Source: a virus (Duplodnaviria > Caudoviricetes). Taken from it: 34,756 nt of DNA. Positions 18,781 through 26,549 of the stretch are shown here, piece by piece. The DNA lies in the IMG/VR virus record IMGVR_UViG_3300010271_000143, positions 1 to 34,756 of that record; one strand, given 5' to 3'. The notes below the pieces were generated by a model. The model was not told the origin of the DNA. It did not search any database and saw nothing but the letters and a program-made list of their open reading frames with translations. Every line of letters begins with the position of its first letter. Within the stretch, counting starts at the first letter, position 1. Made by a program: the position numbers and the translations under genes.

Positions 18781-20554
18781 CTAACCACCCCTTTGCTTTT
18801 TGCGACTTTTCTAAATTTTCAAGCATACGAACACAGGCAAATACAGCTGCATCAAATACATCAATACGATGTGTTTCTTCGACTTTTTCGTACTGGATCA
18901 TATCGTCCGTTTTTTCTATTGCACGGACATTGGCCACACAGTATTCAAACGGTTCAGCGCCAAAATAATAGAGCTTCCCGTCCTTCGCCTTTTTCTCAAT
19001 ATGACGGAAGCCCTCCGACTTTTTGTAGTAATATTGCGGTTGGTCAACAATTGTAAAACCTTTTTGTTTCATGCCAATAAAGTATTCTCTGCAGAATTTT
19101 CTATCATGGCCGACTTGCTTAATCTTGAATCCATCTTTTCGCATCTTATCAAACCAGTTCACCACATCAGAATGGTTTACTGTTGGATTATTGCACATAT
19201 CGAGCCAGCCATCATCCTGCCAACCAAATAAAGGGATATTGTCCTCTTCGGCTTTCACATGTGCCGCTACAATCGGGAACCAGCAATGCGGAATAATAAT
19301 ATCAATATCTTTGTATGACCCATAAAGTGCGGACGTTGTTAAGTCATGCAACTTTGACAGGTCCGCACCACCATACCAATTAATTGATAGTGCTTTCACA
19401 AATTCAAGTTTTCTCTGCAATGGCCATGACGGGTCTATGCCTAAATCTTTTTCAGCTTTTCGATTACTCACCTGAAATTCAACTAGATTAAAATATGCCT
19501 TCATTGAGGATGTATATATATTTAAAGACTTCGCAAGGAAATCTTTTCTTTGCTGGGGATCGTTCTGCGCTTGAAGCGCATCATTCATTATGTCAGCTGG
19601 CCGGATCGTCACTCCATAACTTGGATTTGCCTTTTCATGTTCAATTGGGTTGGTATAATCTACATTGCCGTTCTCATCTTCATCTGCTTTACAAATAAAA
19701 ATAAAATAAGCATCGTCTTGTACAATGCCGTCTAAAACTTTTTGACAATATTTCAAACGCTGATAACAAAAGCTGGTTACATCGTCACCAGCAGTAGTAA
19801 TACCAATTACCAATTTATTTGTATAAGCCTTTGTTGCTTCTTTTAAAATGTTATATTGCTTTGGTGATTTGTAAGCGTGCATTTCATCAGCAATAACGAT
19901 ATTGCAGTTGAAACTGTCTTGTGCATCCGGGTTACCAGCCAGGGCTTCAAGATGTATCATGCCGCCATCGAAATCATCGTGGGAAATAGAGTGCTCCATG
20001 TTGTTGTCAAGAATGCGCCAACCATCAGCTATAGCGGTATTTTTATCTGGATACCAAACCTTAGTCAGATTGTAAATCCAATTTTCAAAACTCTTCATTG
20101 CCTGTTTAAGTACAGCACCAACGACATATACTGTCGAACCACTCTTGCGTTCCAGGATGCCGAGTGCCCAAGCCAGTGCTGAAGCAAATATCGTTTTACC
20201 GTTTTTTCGAGGAATAAAAATAAATGCCTCTTTAAACCGGCGCTCATTTGTACCAGGAATATAAAAAATCAAAATCGCATATATAACAAATTTCTGCCAA
20301 GGTTCCAATAATAATGGTTTCCCTCGCAAAGGAGTACCATCAAGAGCTTCTCCCTGCCGATGTTTAAAAGTTTTTTGAATGATATCAATAACAAAGTCCG
20401 CATCTTTTGTGCGGACCTCCCATTTACCTGATTCAATGTCATCAAGAAATCGCTTACAACATTGTATTCGTTCCTTATTTGCTAAAATTTTTCCACTAAC
20501 AACGCCTTGAGCATACTCTAATACCTCCGCAACGTATTTTCCTTTTAATTTCAT
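18773..20554 (-). CDS. terL: Terminase large subunit (cos-type, Terminase_1)
   Basis: LEPWQKF, Walker A PRKNGKT, Walker B IADEMH, ITTAG, GADLSK..D, RIDVFDA nuclease motifs. Confidence 0.97.
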   Translation of the reverse strand: MKLKGKYVAEVLEYAQGVVSGKILANKERIQCCKRFLDDIESGKWEVRTKDADFVIDIIQKTFKHRQGEALDGTPLRGKPLLLEPWQKFVIYAILIFYIPGTNERRFKEAFIFIPRKNGKTIFASALAWALGILERKSGSTVYVVGAVLKQAMKSFENWIYNLTKVWYPDKNTAIADGWRILDNNMEHSISHDDFDGGMIHLEALAGNPDAQDSFNCNIVIADEMHAYKSPKQYNILKEATKAYTNKLVIGITTAGDDVTSFCYQRLKYCQKVLDGIVQDDAYFIFICKADEDENGNVDYTNPIEHEKANPSYGVTIRPADIMNDALQAQNDPQQRKDFLAKSLNIYTSSMKAYFNLVEFQVSNRKAEKDLGIDPSWPLQRKLEFVKALSINWYGGADLSKLHDLTTSALYGSYKDIDIIIPHCWFPIVAAHVKAEEDNIPLFGWQDDGWLDMCNNPTVNHSDVVNWFDKMRKDGFKIKQVGHDRKFCREYFIGMKQKGFTIVDQPQYYYKKSEGFRHIEKKAKDGKLYYFGAEPFEYCVANVRAIEKTDDMIQYEKVEETHRIDVFDAAVFACVRMLENLEKSQKAKGWLDE

Positions 20555-20904
20555 TTGCTACTCAACTCTTTAAGCATTACTGATAAACCAGATTCTTTTT
20601 TCTTTTTGAAGGCGGCCTCATCAGCTTTGAGCAAGCCCTGCGGAGTGAGTCCAAGCTGTGCGGCATATGCCAGGATATCCTTCCGGAGCGTTTCAAGGGT
20701 TGTTACAATAGGAGCTTTCTTAGTACCTGTATTTGTATATTCATCAAACTTATAATCAGATTCTATAAAGCGTTCAGTCAAAATTTTATACTGTTCCCGG
20801 AGTTGTGAGTATACCTCAATAATTGGTTCAAATTCAGGTTTGTATACGCCAAGCGATTTCATATAATCCCTTGTTTGATTAATTATGCTTTTTGGTCGTC
20901 CCAT
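20551..20904 (-). CDS. terS: Terminase small subunit (P27 family)
   Basis: P-x6[16 protein letters not shown] motif; between HNH and terL. Confidence 0.92.
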   Translation of the reverse strand: MGRPKSIINQTRDYMKSLGVYKPEFEPIIEVYSQLREQYKILTERFIESDYKFDEYTNTGTKKAPIVTTLETLRKDILAYAAQLGLTPQGLLKADEAAFKKKKESGLSVMLKELSSK

Positions 20905-20954
20905 CTCATCAACTCCTTTCCATTTTCTGGTCTAATAAAATTTTCACCTTTTGC

Positions 20955-21022
20955 CAGAGAGGGAAAGAGGGCCCAGCGCCAGTCCTCGTGGTTTATCAAT
21001 CAATTTTAAAAAGGTGGGGGGA
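20955..21022. other. Candidate cos packaging site
   Basis: GC-rich island between HNH and terS (minus strand CCCCCCACC...GGACTGGCGCTGGGCCCTCTTTCCC), the usual location of cos in HNH/P27-TerS phages; the exact cut is not determinable. Confidence 0.55.
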
Positions 21023-21030
21023 TCTACTTT

Positions 21031-21372
21031 TCACCACTCACCTGCATATTTTTCTATCCAATCTATTCCAACCTTACCCATCCTTTTAACCCACTCAAGT
21101 CCAAGAGCAGTCAACTTATTTGTGTTTCTGTCATGCATCTTGTCATGACATTTATTACAAAGACTTATCAGGTTATTACTTGCCAATGCTAATGTCGTAT
21201 TAAAAAGCAAACACCACATCAATGGTATGATGTGGTGTACTGTAGTAGCCGACGTAGTCTTTCCGTATCGTTTGCATTCTTGACACCGGTATTCGTCACG
21301 TCTAAGTATTTTAGACCGTTTGGATAACCAACGTGTACTTTTATAAAACGACCTCATTCTTTCCTTAAGCAC
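21031..21372 (-). CDS. Terminase-associated HNH endonuclease
   Basis: FYKSTRW..RDEYRCQEC..VHHIIP..NLISLCNKCHDKMH. Confidence 0.95.
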   Translation of the reverse strand: MLKERMRSFYKSTRWLSKRSKILRRDEYRCQECKRYGKTTSATTVHHIIPLMWCLLFNTTLALASNNLISLCNKCHDKMHDRNTNKLTALGLEWVKRMGKVGIDWIEKYAGEW

Positions 21373-21397
21373 ATACTTTCGCCTACCTTTGTTGCAT

Positions 21398-21427
21398 AAA
21401 AAAAGACATCATAAAGATGCCTTTTTT
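21398..21427. terminator. Bidirectional terminator downstream of the ltp-like gene
   Basis: AAAAAAAGACATC-ATAAA-GATGCCTTTTTT. Confidence 0.75.
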
Positions 21428-21443
21428 GTGTTTATTCACAATT

Positions 21444-21989
21444 TTATTTTGGTAAATTATCAATAGCATATTGTGCTTCTTCTTTCGTAAATTTCTCTCC
21501 ATACTCAGAAATTAATTGATCATATATAGCGCTTGGTGACATAGACATTTGCTCTTGATATATGATCGCTTTTTTTAAAGCATTTTCTTTCCAATCAGCT
21601 TTTACGTTCTCTATAGCATACTTAGCTGCTTCCTCAGAAAACTTTTCTCCATATTCAGACACAAGCTGATCAAATAAAGCAGCTTTTGACATATGCATCT
21701 GATTGGCATATATCTCTGCTTTTTTAAGTGCAGACTGATACTCTTTAGGAATGTTTTCTTTAGACTGCTCTTGTTTATGTGATTCCTGAACTGTTTTTTG
21801 GGTTGTATTTGCCTGCTCTACAGGTTTCTGTTGTGATACTTCTTCTGTTGTATTTGTTTGTTCCATAGGCTTTTGTGTTACTTCATCTGGTTTATCACCA
21901 CTATTACTTAAAGCTCCAATAATAATTATTATTACAATAACCCAAAACCACCAACGTTTAAATATAGATTTCTTCTGTTTTTCCTCCAT
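21444..21989 (-). CDS. ltp: Ltp-family superinfection exclusion protein (membrane-anchored, two Ltp repeats)
   Basis: N-terminal KKSIFKRWWFW plus TM; two repeats AL.KA..Y...M.MS...(F/Y)DQL.SEYGEKF..E.A.YAI.N. There is no lipobox cysteine, so it is TM-anchored. Confidence 0.92.
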   Translation of the reverse strand: MEEKQKKSIFKRWWFWVIVIIIIIGALSNSGDKPDEVTQKPMEQTNTTEEVSQQKPVEQANTTQKTVQESHKQEQSKENIPKEYQSALKKAEIYANQMHMSKAALFDQLVSEYGEKFSEEAAKYAIENVKADWKENALKKAIIYQEQMSMSPSAIYDQLISEYGEKFTKEEAQYAIDNLPK

Positions 21990-22012
21990 TTAGATTCCCC
22001 CTTTCAATTCCA

Positions 22013-22041
22013 ATATTCTCCACAAAAGAGGAAAATCCTTC
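22013..22041 (-). promoter_or_regulatory. sigmaH-type promoter for the ltp-like gene
   Basis: Minus strand GAAGGATTT-N11-GGAGAATAT, followed by RBS GAAAGGGGG. Confidence 0.65.
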
Positions 22042-22118
22042 TTTTATTTACTAAAAAAAGAGTTTTTTCACTTTATAAGATTGATTATTTTAACATTTTA
22101 TAAAAAATTTTTCAAAAA

Positions 22119-22152
22119 ATACTTGACGCGTAACAAGTATGTATGTTATAAT
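22119..22152 (+). promoter_or_regulatory. sigmaA promoter with an overlapping palindromic operator
   Basis: TTGACG(22123)-18 bp-TATAAT(22147) with TGn extension; perfect inverted repeat ATACTTG-N8-CAAGTAT (22119-22140) covers the -35. Confidence 0.8.
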
Positions 22153-22178
22153 ATAATCAGAAAGGAGGTGAACGGCGA

Positions 22179-22292
22179 GTGATAGAAACAATAAAGGACT
22201 TAGTTGAAATCGGTGTACTGCTCCTCACAGCGGCCAAACTAATAAAGGAGCTAACCGATAAACCTAAGTCCAAGCGGAAGGGGAGAAAATAG
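22179..22292 (+). CDS. 37-aa hydrophobic peptide with a basic tail, type I toxin-like (MIETIKDLVEIGVLLLTAAKLIKELTDKPKSKRKGRK)
   Basis: Hand-translated; very strong RBS AAAGGAGGTG 8 nt upstream of the GTG; amphipathic/hydrophobic helix plus K/R tail. Confidence 0.75.
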   Translation: MIETIKDLVEIGVLLLTAAKLIKELTDKPKSKRKGRK

Positions 22293-22332
22293 CTCCCCTT
22301 CTAAAAAATATTATATCACAACGCCGGAAAAT

Positions 22333-22488
22333 ATGAAATATAATTTTACAACTGTTGTTCTGATAGCACTCGTAATTCTCAACATCTTAGATGGTGACTT
22401 TACCAATCCGTCTTGGTTAGATTACATTAAATTTATTCTGCTTGCCATCGCTTTAGTACTCAGTATAGCAGAAAGGAGGAAAGACTAA
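22333..22488 (+). CDS. 51-aa two-TM membrane protein (MKYNFTTVVLIALVILNILDGDFTNPSWLDYIKFILLAIALVLSIAERRKD)
   Basis: Hand-translated; two hydrophobic helices; TAA overlaps the next ATG (TAATG); no linear SD upstream. Confidence 0.72.
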   Translation: MKYNFTTVVLIALVILNILDGDFTNPSWLDYIKFILLAIALVLSIAERRKD

Positions 22489-22706
22489 TGTATAATTTCA
22501 AATCCAAAGACGAACTTGTAGCATGGCTATCAGAAAACATTATTACTACGGCTGAAGCGGCTGAATTACTCGGCTGCTCTCGCCAGAATATTGACGACTT
22601 AATCAAACGCGGCAAACTTAAACCTATCAAATCAATTAATTATGTGCGGTTATTTTTAAAAGATGATATCGTTGCAAGGCTTAATCAAAAGAGGACTGAT
22701 ATATAG
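22488..22706 (+). CDS. HTH_17/MerR-like DNA-binding protein, probable autoregulator of the moron
   Basis: ITTAEAAELLGCSRQNIDDLIKRGKLKP; RBS GAAAGGAGG. Confidence 0.85.
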   Translation: MYNFKSKDELVAWLSENIITTAEAAELLGCSRQNIDDLIKRGKLKPIKSINYVRLFLKDDIVARLNQKRTDI

Positions 22707-22750
22707 GTCCTCTTTTTTAATTTTTTCTGTTTTGCAGTTAATCTGGCCAT
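22685..22750 (-). pseudogene. Remnant N-terminus of a pac-type (Terminase_2 family) small terminase, MARLTAKQKK...
   Basis: RBS GAGGTG plus ATG; the first 10 aa match the M(A)xLTxKQxxF start of Terminase_2 proteins, then the frame runs into the moron terminator. Confidence 0.55.
22687..22718. terminator. Bidirectional terminator closing the three-gene moron
   Basis: AAAAGAGGAC-N10-GTCCTCTTTTTT. Confidence 0.8.
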
Positions 22751-22782
22751 AACGTTCACCTCACCTGCCTTAAATATCTATA

Positions 22783-22812
22783 CAAAACACAAGGACCCAC
22801 CAAAGCGGGTCC
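22783..22812 (-). terminator. Hairpin in the late leader
   Basis: Minus strand GGACCCGC-TTTG-GTGGGTCC-TTGTGTTTTG. Confidence 0.55.
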
Positions 22813-22860
22813 CTTCTTCAAAAGGGAGTAGATTTACTTACAACTTTACTAACTATATAT

Positions 22861-22897
22861 ATAATACCATAAAACTTGAACCTATTACTGACATCTT
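22861..22897 (-). promoter_or_regulatory. Candidate activator-dependent late promoter
   Basis: Extended -10 TGgTATTAT without a consensus -35, immediately after the late activator gene. Confidence 0.5.
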
Positions 22898-22901
22898 TTA
22901 A

Positions 22902-23336
22902 TTAAATTCTTAATCCTCTTTCTTGTGCAAATAATAATCTAGCCTTACTTAACCATCTGTATATCTGTCTTTCGGATGCCGGTATGTGTATCTCAGCATA
23001 ATGCACCCTGCTTTTTATGTCTCCTCTTCTTAACTCTCTCCAACAATCCTTAAAATAAACATACTCTATAGCCTTTAGTATACTGCCACCCTGAGGCAGC
23101 TTCTCTATAAGATGCATTGCTTTTTCGACTGCCTCTAGATCCGCAAGTTCTGCTGCATTTTCCTCTATAGCTCTCTCTTTTGCAATCAAAGCACCCTCAG
23201 TTGGATTAACCACTCCTACACCTTTTTGTTTTTGCATATCGGCGACTATTTTTTCTATGTACTTTTTAGAACCACCCGTCTTTGCATAAAATCGGAAGGC
23301 TTCTGTTGCATAATCCCTGATGTGGTCTTTCTTCAT
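22902..23336 (-). CDS. Late transcriptional activator (RinA/ArpU-like)
   Basis: Last early gene; AVEKAM..IEYVYF..ASERQIYRWLSKARLLFAQERGL C-terminal HTH. Confidence 0.75.
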   Translation of the reverse strand: MKKDHIRDYATEAFRFYAKTGGSKKYIEKIVADMQKQKGVGVVNPTEGALIAKERAIEENAAELADLEAVEKAMHLIEKLPQGGSILKAIEYVYFKDCWRELRRGDIKSRVHYAEIHIPASERQIYRWLSKARLLFAQERGLRI

Positions 23337-23349
23337 CCCTATACCCCCG

Positions 23350-23436
23350 TTATTTATCGCTTTTCTTCACCTGCCATAACCAAACGTAACCGATAACCAT
23401 CAAGTAAACCAAAATTAGCAGCAATATGTACTTCAC
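23350..23436 (-). CDS. 28-aa single-TM peptide (MKYILLLILVYLMVIGYVWLWQVKKSDK)
   Basis: Hand-translated; GTG start with RBS GAGGGG; ends just before the activator RBS. Confidence 0.5.
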   Translation of the reverse strand: MKYILLLILVYLMVIGYVWLWQVKKSDK

Positions 23437-23466
23437 TCTAACCCCTCACTTTCGCTAAACTGTCCT

Positions 23467-23640
23467 TTAGTTACCTTGTTTCATTATTTCTGGTGTTTTA
23501 GGCTCAAATTGTTTTAAGTATTCAATTCTTGCTTTTAAATCTCCAAATGCAAAATAACCTCCTCCACACTCGCATTTTTCAGTTTCATTACTTACTTCTT
23601 TCAAACATTTTATACAAAAACTTTTTTATTTTTCAACCAA
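23467..23640 (-). pseudogene. Disrupted zinc-ribbon gene (FCIKC..KCECG)
   Basis: The CxxC/CxC frame is separated from RBS AAGGGG and its TTG starts by an in-frame TAA or a 1-nt homopolymer frameshift. Confidence 0.4.
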
Positions 23641-23641
23641 C

Positions 23642-24049
23642 TCACCCCTTTACAACTTTTAAATCTAGCTCAGGATACTTAAGCCTAAACTGCTTAAAAG
23701 TCCTCTTCCATTGTTGACTTTCAAATCCTTTCACGTCCACAATTTCATACGTATCATCGTTTTTAAAAACAATAAAATCAGCTGCATATGTAATTGCTCT
23801 ATCCGTATCATTACCCTCTACAAGTACAAACTTTGGTTGCAGACAAAAACCTTTTATTTCTCCTGCCCTCATAAGCAGTTTTAAAGAACTGTAATAATTA
23901 GCTTCTTGCTGACTATCGAAAAGAATGCCGTCTACACATACATGCTTTGCATTATATTTGGTTTTCTTAGGCTTTAATTCCTGTTTTGGCTGTTTGCCAA
24001 TACGTTTTAAATATTCCTGAAGTTGCTCTTCTGTCCATCTAAGAGTCAT
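23642..24049 (-). CDS. DUF1064 family PD-(D/E)xK nuclease-like protein
   Basis: KYNAK..DGILFDSQQEANYY..LQPKF..YAADF..VDVKG. Confidence 0.88.
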   Translation of the reverse strand: MTLRWTEEQLQEYLKRIGKQPKQELKPKKTKYNAKHVCVDGILFDSQQEANYYSSLKLLMRAGEIKGFCLQPKFVLVEGNDTDRAITYAADFIVFKNDDTYEIVDVKGFESQQWKRTFKQFRLKYPELDLKVVKG

Positions 24050-24068
24050 AATGTACTCCTTCGCCTAT

Positions 24069-24410
24069 CTATACCATGTATTTTGGCGGCATTGGGAATT
24101 CTTCGCCTTGTTTCTTCCAAAGGTGTAAAACGTACGGATGGTTATTAATATAATCTGCTTTTTTCGGATGATATTGTACTACACATTCATCATCCCTGAA
24201 GAAAATATATTTTACCGTACACATTTCATCCCATGTACAACAACGGTTTTTATAACTTACTGAAACGTGATCCCATCCGCCACCCCAACTGAATACAATC
24301 ATCGCAGGTTTTCTGCTGCCATTTAGATAGGCATATGCATAACCACCATCTGAACCAATTTCCTGAATGATAATTCTTTTGTCTTGCTTAAGCTCTTCAA
24401 GGGTTTTCAT
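24069..24410 (-). CDS. Conserved phage protein of unknown function
   Basis: GWDHVSVS..R..TWDEMC.VK.IFF..QYHP..YINNHPYVLHLW motif common in phage early regions. Confidence 0.75.
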   Translation of the reverse strand: MKTLEELKQDKRIIIQEIGSDGGYAYAYLNGSRKPAMIVFSWGGGWDHVSVSYKNRCCTWDEMCTVKYIFFRDDECVVQYHPKKADYINNHPYVLHLWKKQGEEFPMPPKYMV

Positions 24411-24958
24411 CTGCCATTCCCTCCCGTAATAAATCTTACATCCATCTTTGCCGCTATTCCTTGTATGAGCTGCTTTGTCGATTCCGGTAACATTGCATAT
24501 TCCCTTTCCTGTGCTGCTCTTACCTTATAACTCCGCATAAAATTGGACTGTATCACACTATTAACTACATCGCTGTCCATTAATGCCCATTCTCTGAGCT
24601 GATTAGGGCTGCCAACTATCTTTTGCAGTAATGGCGGCAGGTTTTTGAAATTTTCTGTGGCGTTATAGTAGCTGATAGCTCCTCGCACCCTGTCCCAAGC
24701 TTCCATCTCAGTCATTACTTGAGGCTGTGTTATCATAGCAATTTTTTCTTTGACATCTGCTATTGTTGGAGGATATTTCAAAGTACATATAAGAGCTCTT
24801 ACAGCTTCCGTAACTATAGGCGCAGGATTATCTGCAAACATTGTGGCCCATAAATCAACTGTATTCCTTGCATCATCTTTGGTCATGTCTTTATAAAAGT
24901 TCGGATATGCAGCTTTTAAAATTGCTAATATGGCCTTTGTCTCTTCCCTCGTCATCAC
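24407..24958 (-). CDS. Replicative helicase loader/inhibitor (SPP1 G39P-like)
   Basis: MTREETKAILAILKAAYPNF..W..YPPTIAD; follows the initiator. Confidence 0.85.
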   Translation of the reverse strand: MMTREETKAILAILKAAYPNFYKDMTKDDARNTVDLWATMFADNPAPIVTEAVRALICTLKYPPTIADVKEKIAMITQPQVMTEMEAWDRVRGAISYYNATENFKNLPPLLQKIVGSPNQLREWALMDSDVVNSVIQSNFMRSYKVRAAQEREYAMLPESTKQLIQGIAAKMDVRFITGGNGR

Positions 24959-25659
24959 ACATCAACCTCCATAAAAATATTGCTGGAAGGCTTGTTTTGC
25001 CGTCTCTTGCTCTGCTCTTCCTCATATCGTTGAATAACCCAATTCAGAATAGCCCTATAGTCAGACTTGTAGCGTTTACCGTTGGCACCCTTATAATTAT
25101 CCAAAATCTCAATACAACGCTTTGCACCATCTTCACCGAGTTTCGCCACGAGTGCCTCATATTCGGCATTGGTCAGGCTGACAAAGTCGGCATATTTGAT
25201 TTTTTCAGGTTGGCTTTTTTCTTTGCGTGCGTGCGTATTTGTATTCGTATTGGATTCGGATTCTGATTCGGATTCGGATTGGATTGGATTACGGGGACAT
25301 TTGATATCATTTGATATCATTTGATTACAAGTTTCATCAAAAGCAGGATATTTACTCTTTTTAGCACGTATCTGCTGATGCTTATCCCAAGTTACCAATT
25401 GCAGGTACGGTCTCCCGTCATACTCGTACACGGTTACAATACCTACCGTCGATAACTTATTTAAAGCATCAGAAATTTGTTTTTCTGTGACGTTTTTAAG
25501 AGGAAATAATCTTGCTTTTAGAATTGCTGGTCTTGCATCAAATCTACCATAATCATCACAGTTTACGATTAGTCGGTAAAAAAATACTTCCTCAAACCAT
25601 GTTAATTGATCTATTGTATCGCTTGTACAGATTGATTCTTTAATTATGCGGTTTGGCAT
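24955..25659 (-). CDS. Phage replication initiator protein (likely start ATG 25659)
   Basis: MPNRIIKESI..DDYGRF N-terminal wHTH-like region, low-complexity linker, C-terminal EYEAL..YKSDYRAILNW; RBS GGTGGTG. Confidence 0.85.
   Translation of the reverse strand: MPNRIIKESICTSDTIDQLTWFEEVFFYRLIVNCDDYGRFDARPAILKARLFPLKNVTEKQISDALNKLSTVGIVTVYEYDGRPYLQLVTWDKHQQIRAKKSKYPAFDETCNQMISNDIKCPRNPIQSESESESESNTNTNTHARKEKSQPEKIKYADFVSLTNAEYEALVAKLGEDGAKRCIEILDNYKGANGKRYKSDYRAILNWVIQRYEEEQSKRRQNKPSSNIFMEVDV
25234..25330. repeat. Repeat cluster within the initiator gene, candidate origin iterons
   Basis: CATTTGATAT x2 plus CATTTGATTA (25298-25327, containing TGATATCA palindromes), next to (G)GATTC(G) and GTATT repeats encoding SESESESES-NTNTNT. 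Confidence 0.6.
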
Positions 25660-25716
25660 ATCGTCACCACCTGACATCCTTTTTACAGGCGGCTAAATTA
25701 AAGCCGCCTTATTTAA

Positions 25717-26547
25717 CTATTTCGTGTCACCTGCCTCATCATTTATTTCTTCAATTGTTTCTGTCTCTAACACAATATCTTCTGTTGTGTCTGCATTCTC
25801 TATTGCTTCATCTGCTAAATAAACGGTATCTGAACTATCTTCTACATATGCCTGCTGCATTTCTACACTCATAACTCCGTATTTTGAAAGTAAAAGTCGT
25901 AAACAGGTTTTCAATGCCATTGCGTCAAAGTCAGTAGCCCATACACTGTTTTTGTTCCCGTAGCTTTTGCTGTACTGCTGGGCATGCTTCGTTACTTCTT
26001 CAACCGACATATAAAGCGTCTTTCTAAAACCGTTCAGTGTTTCAATAAAAGCAAAATAACCTATTTTCTTGTCGCTCGTTCTCTTTTCCGGATCTATCTC
26101 TATCTCTCCGGTAAGTTTGTCACACTTGACCAACTCACCCTCATACACTACATCTGCATTAATATAACGATATGCACCGGTCCTCATGCAAAGCTGAATA
26201 TAACCTTTATAACCAAGTTGGAAAGTCGGAATGTACTGTCCTGTTTTGCCATCACGATATGGTACAATCCATGCAAAACCAAGCTGTTTATTGATAGGTA
26301 ATTTAAGACTCGCAGCTTTTAAAGCTTCCATGACAACATTTTTAGGGTCACATAGTTGTAAAGTTTTATCAGTATTATATAAATCAATAATACTTGCTAC
26401 AAAAGCTCCTGAATTTTCGGCTAAAACAGCCTTAAATTGCTCTTGTACACTCTGTGCAGCTAAAATATTCTTAAGCTTATCAATCGGTCTTGCAACGGCA
26501 GTTTTGCCGTTATTAGATGTTGCCTGTTGAATTAATCCTTTTGTCAT
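25717..26547 (-). CDS. recT: RecT/Redbeta-family ssDNA annealing recombinase
   Basis: LGFAWIVPY..FQLGYKGYIQL..RTG..VYEGE..W..DFDAMALKT. Confidence 0.95.
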   Translation of the reverse strand: MTKGLIQQATSNNGKTAVARPIDKLKNILAAQSVQEQFKAVLAENSGAFVASIIDLYNTDKTLQLCDPKNVVMEALKAASLKLPINKQLGFAWIVPYRDGKTGQYIPTFQLGYKGYIQLCMRTGAYRYINADVVYEGELVKCDKLTGEIEIDPEKRTSDKKIGYFAFIETLNGFRKTLYMSVEEVTKHAQQYSKSYGNKNSVWATDFDAMALKTCLRLLLSKYGVMSVEMQQAYVEDSSDTVYLADEAIENADTTEDIVLETETIEEINDEAGDTK

Positions 26548-26549
26548 AA

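Noticed and set aside
25234-25290. Short tandem repeats as a CRISPR array or contingency locus
   Set aside because: Degenerate 5-6-nt units encode the SESESES/NTNTNT linker of the initiator; there are no spacers.
25687-25709. Hairpin AGGCGGCT..AGCCGCCT after recT as an early-operon terminator
   Set aside because: No U-tract on the coding (minus) strand; function unclear, so it was not called.
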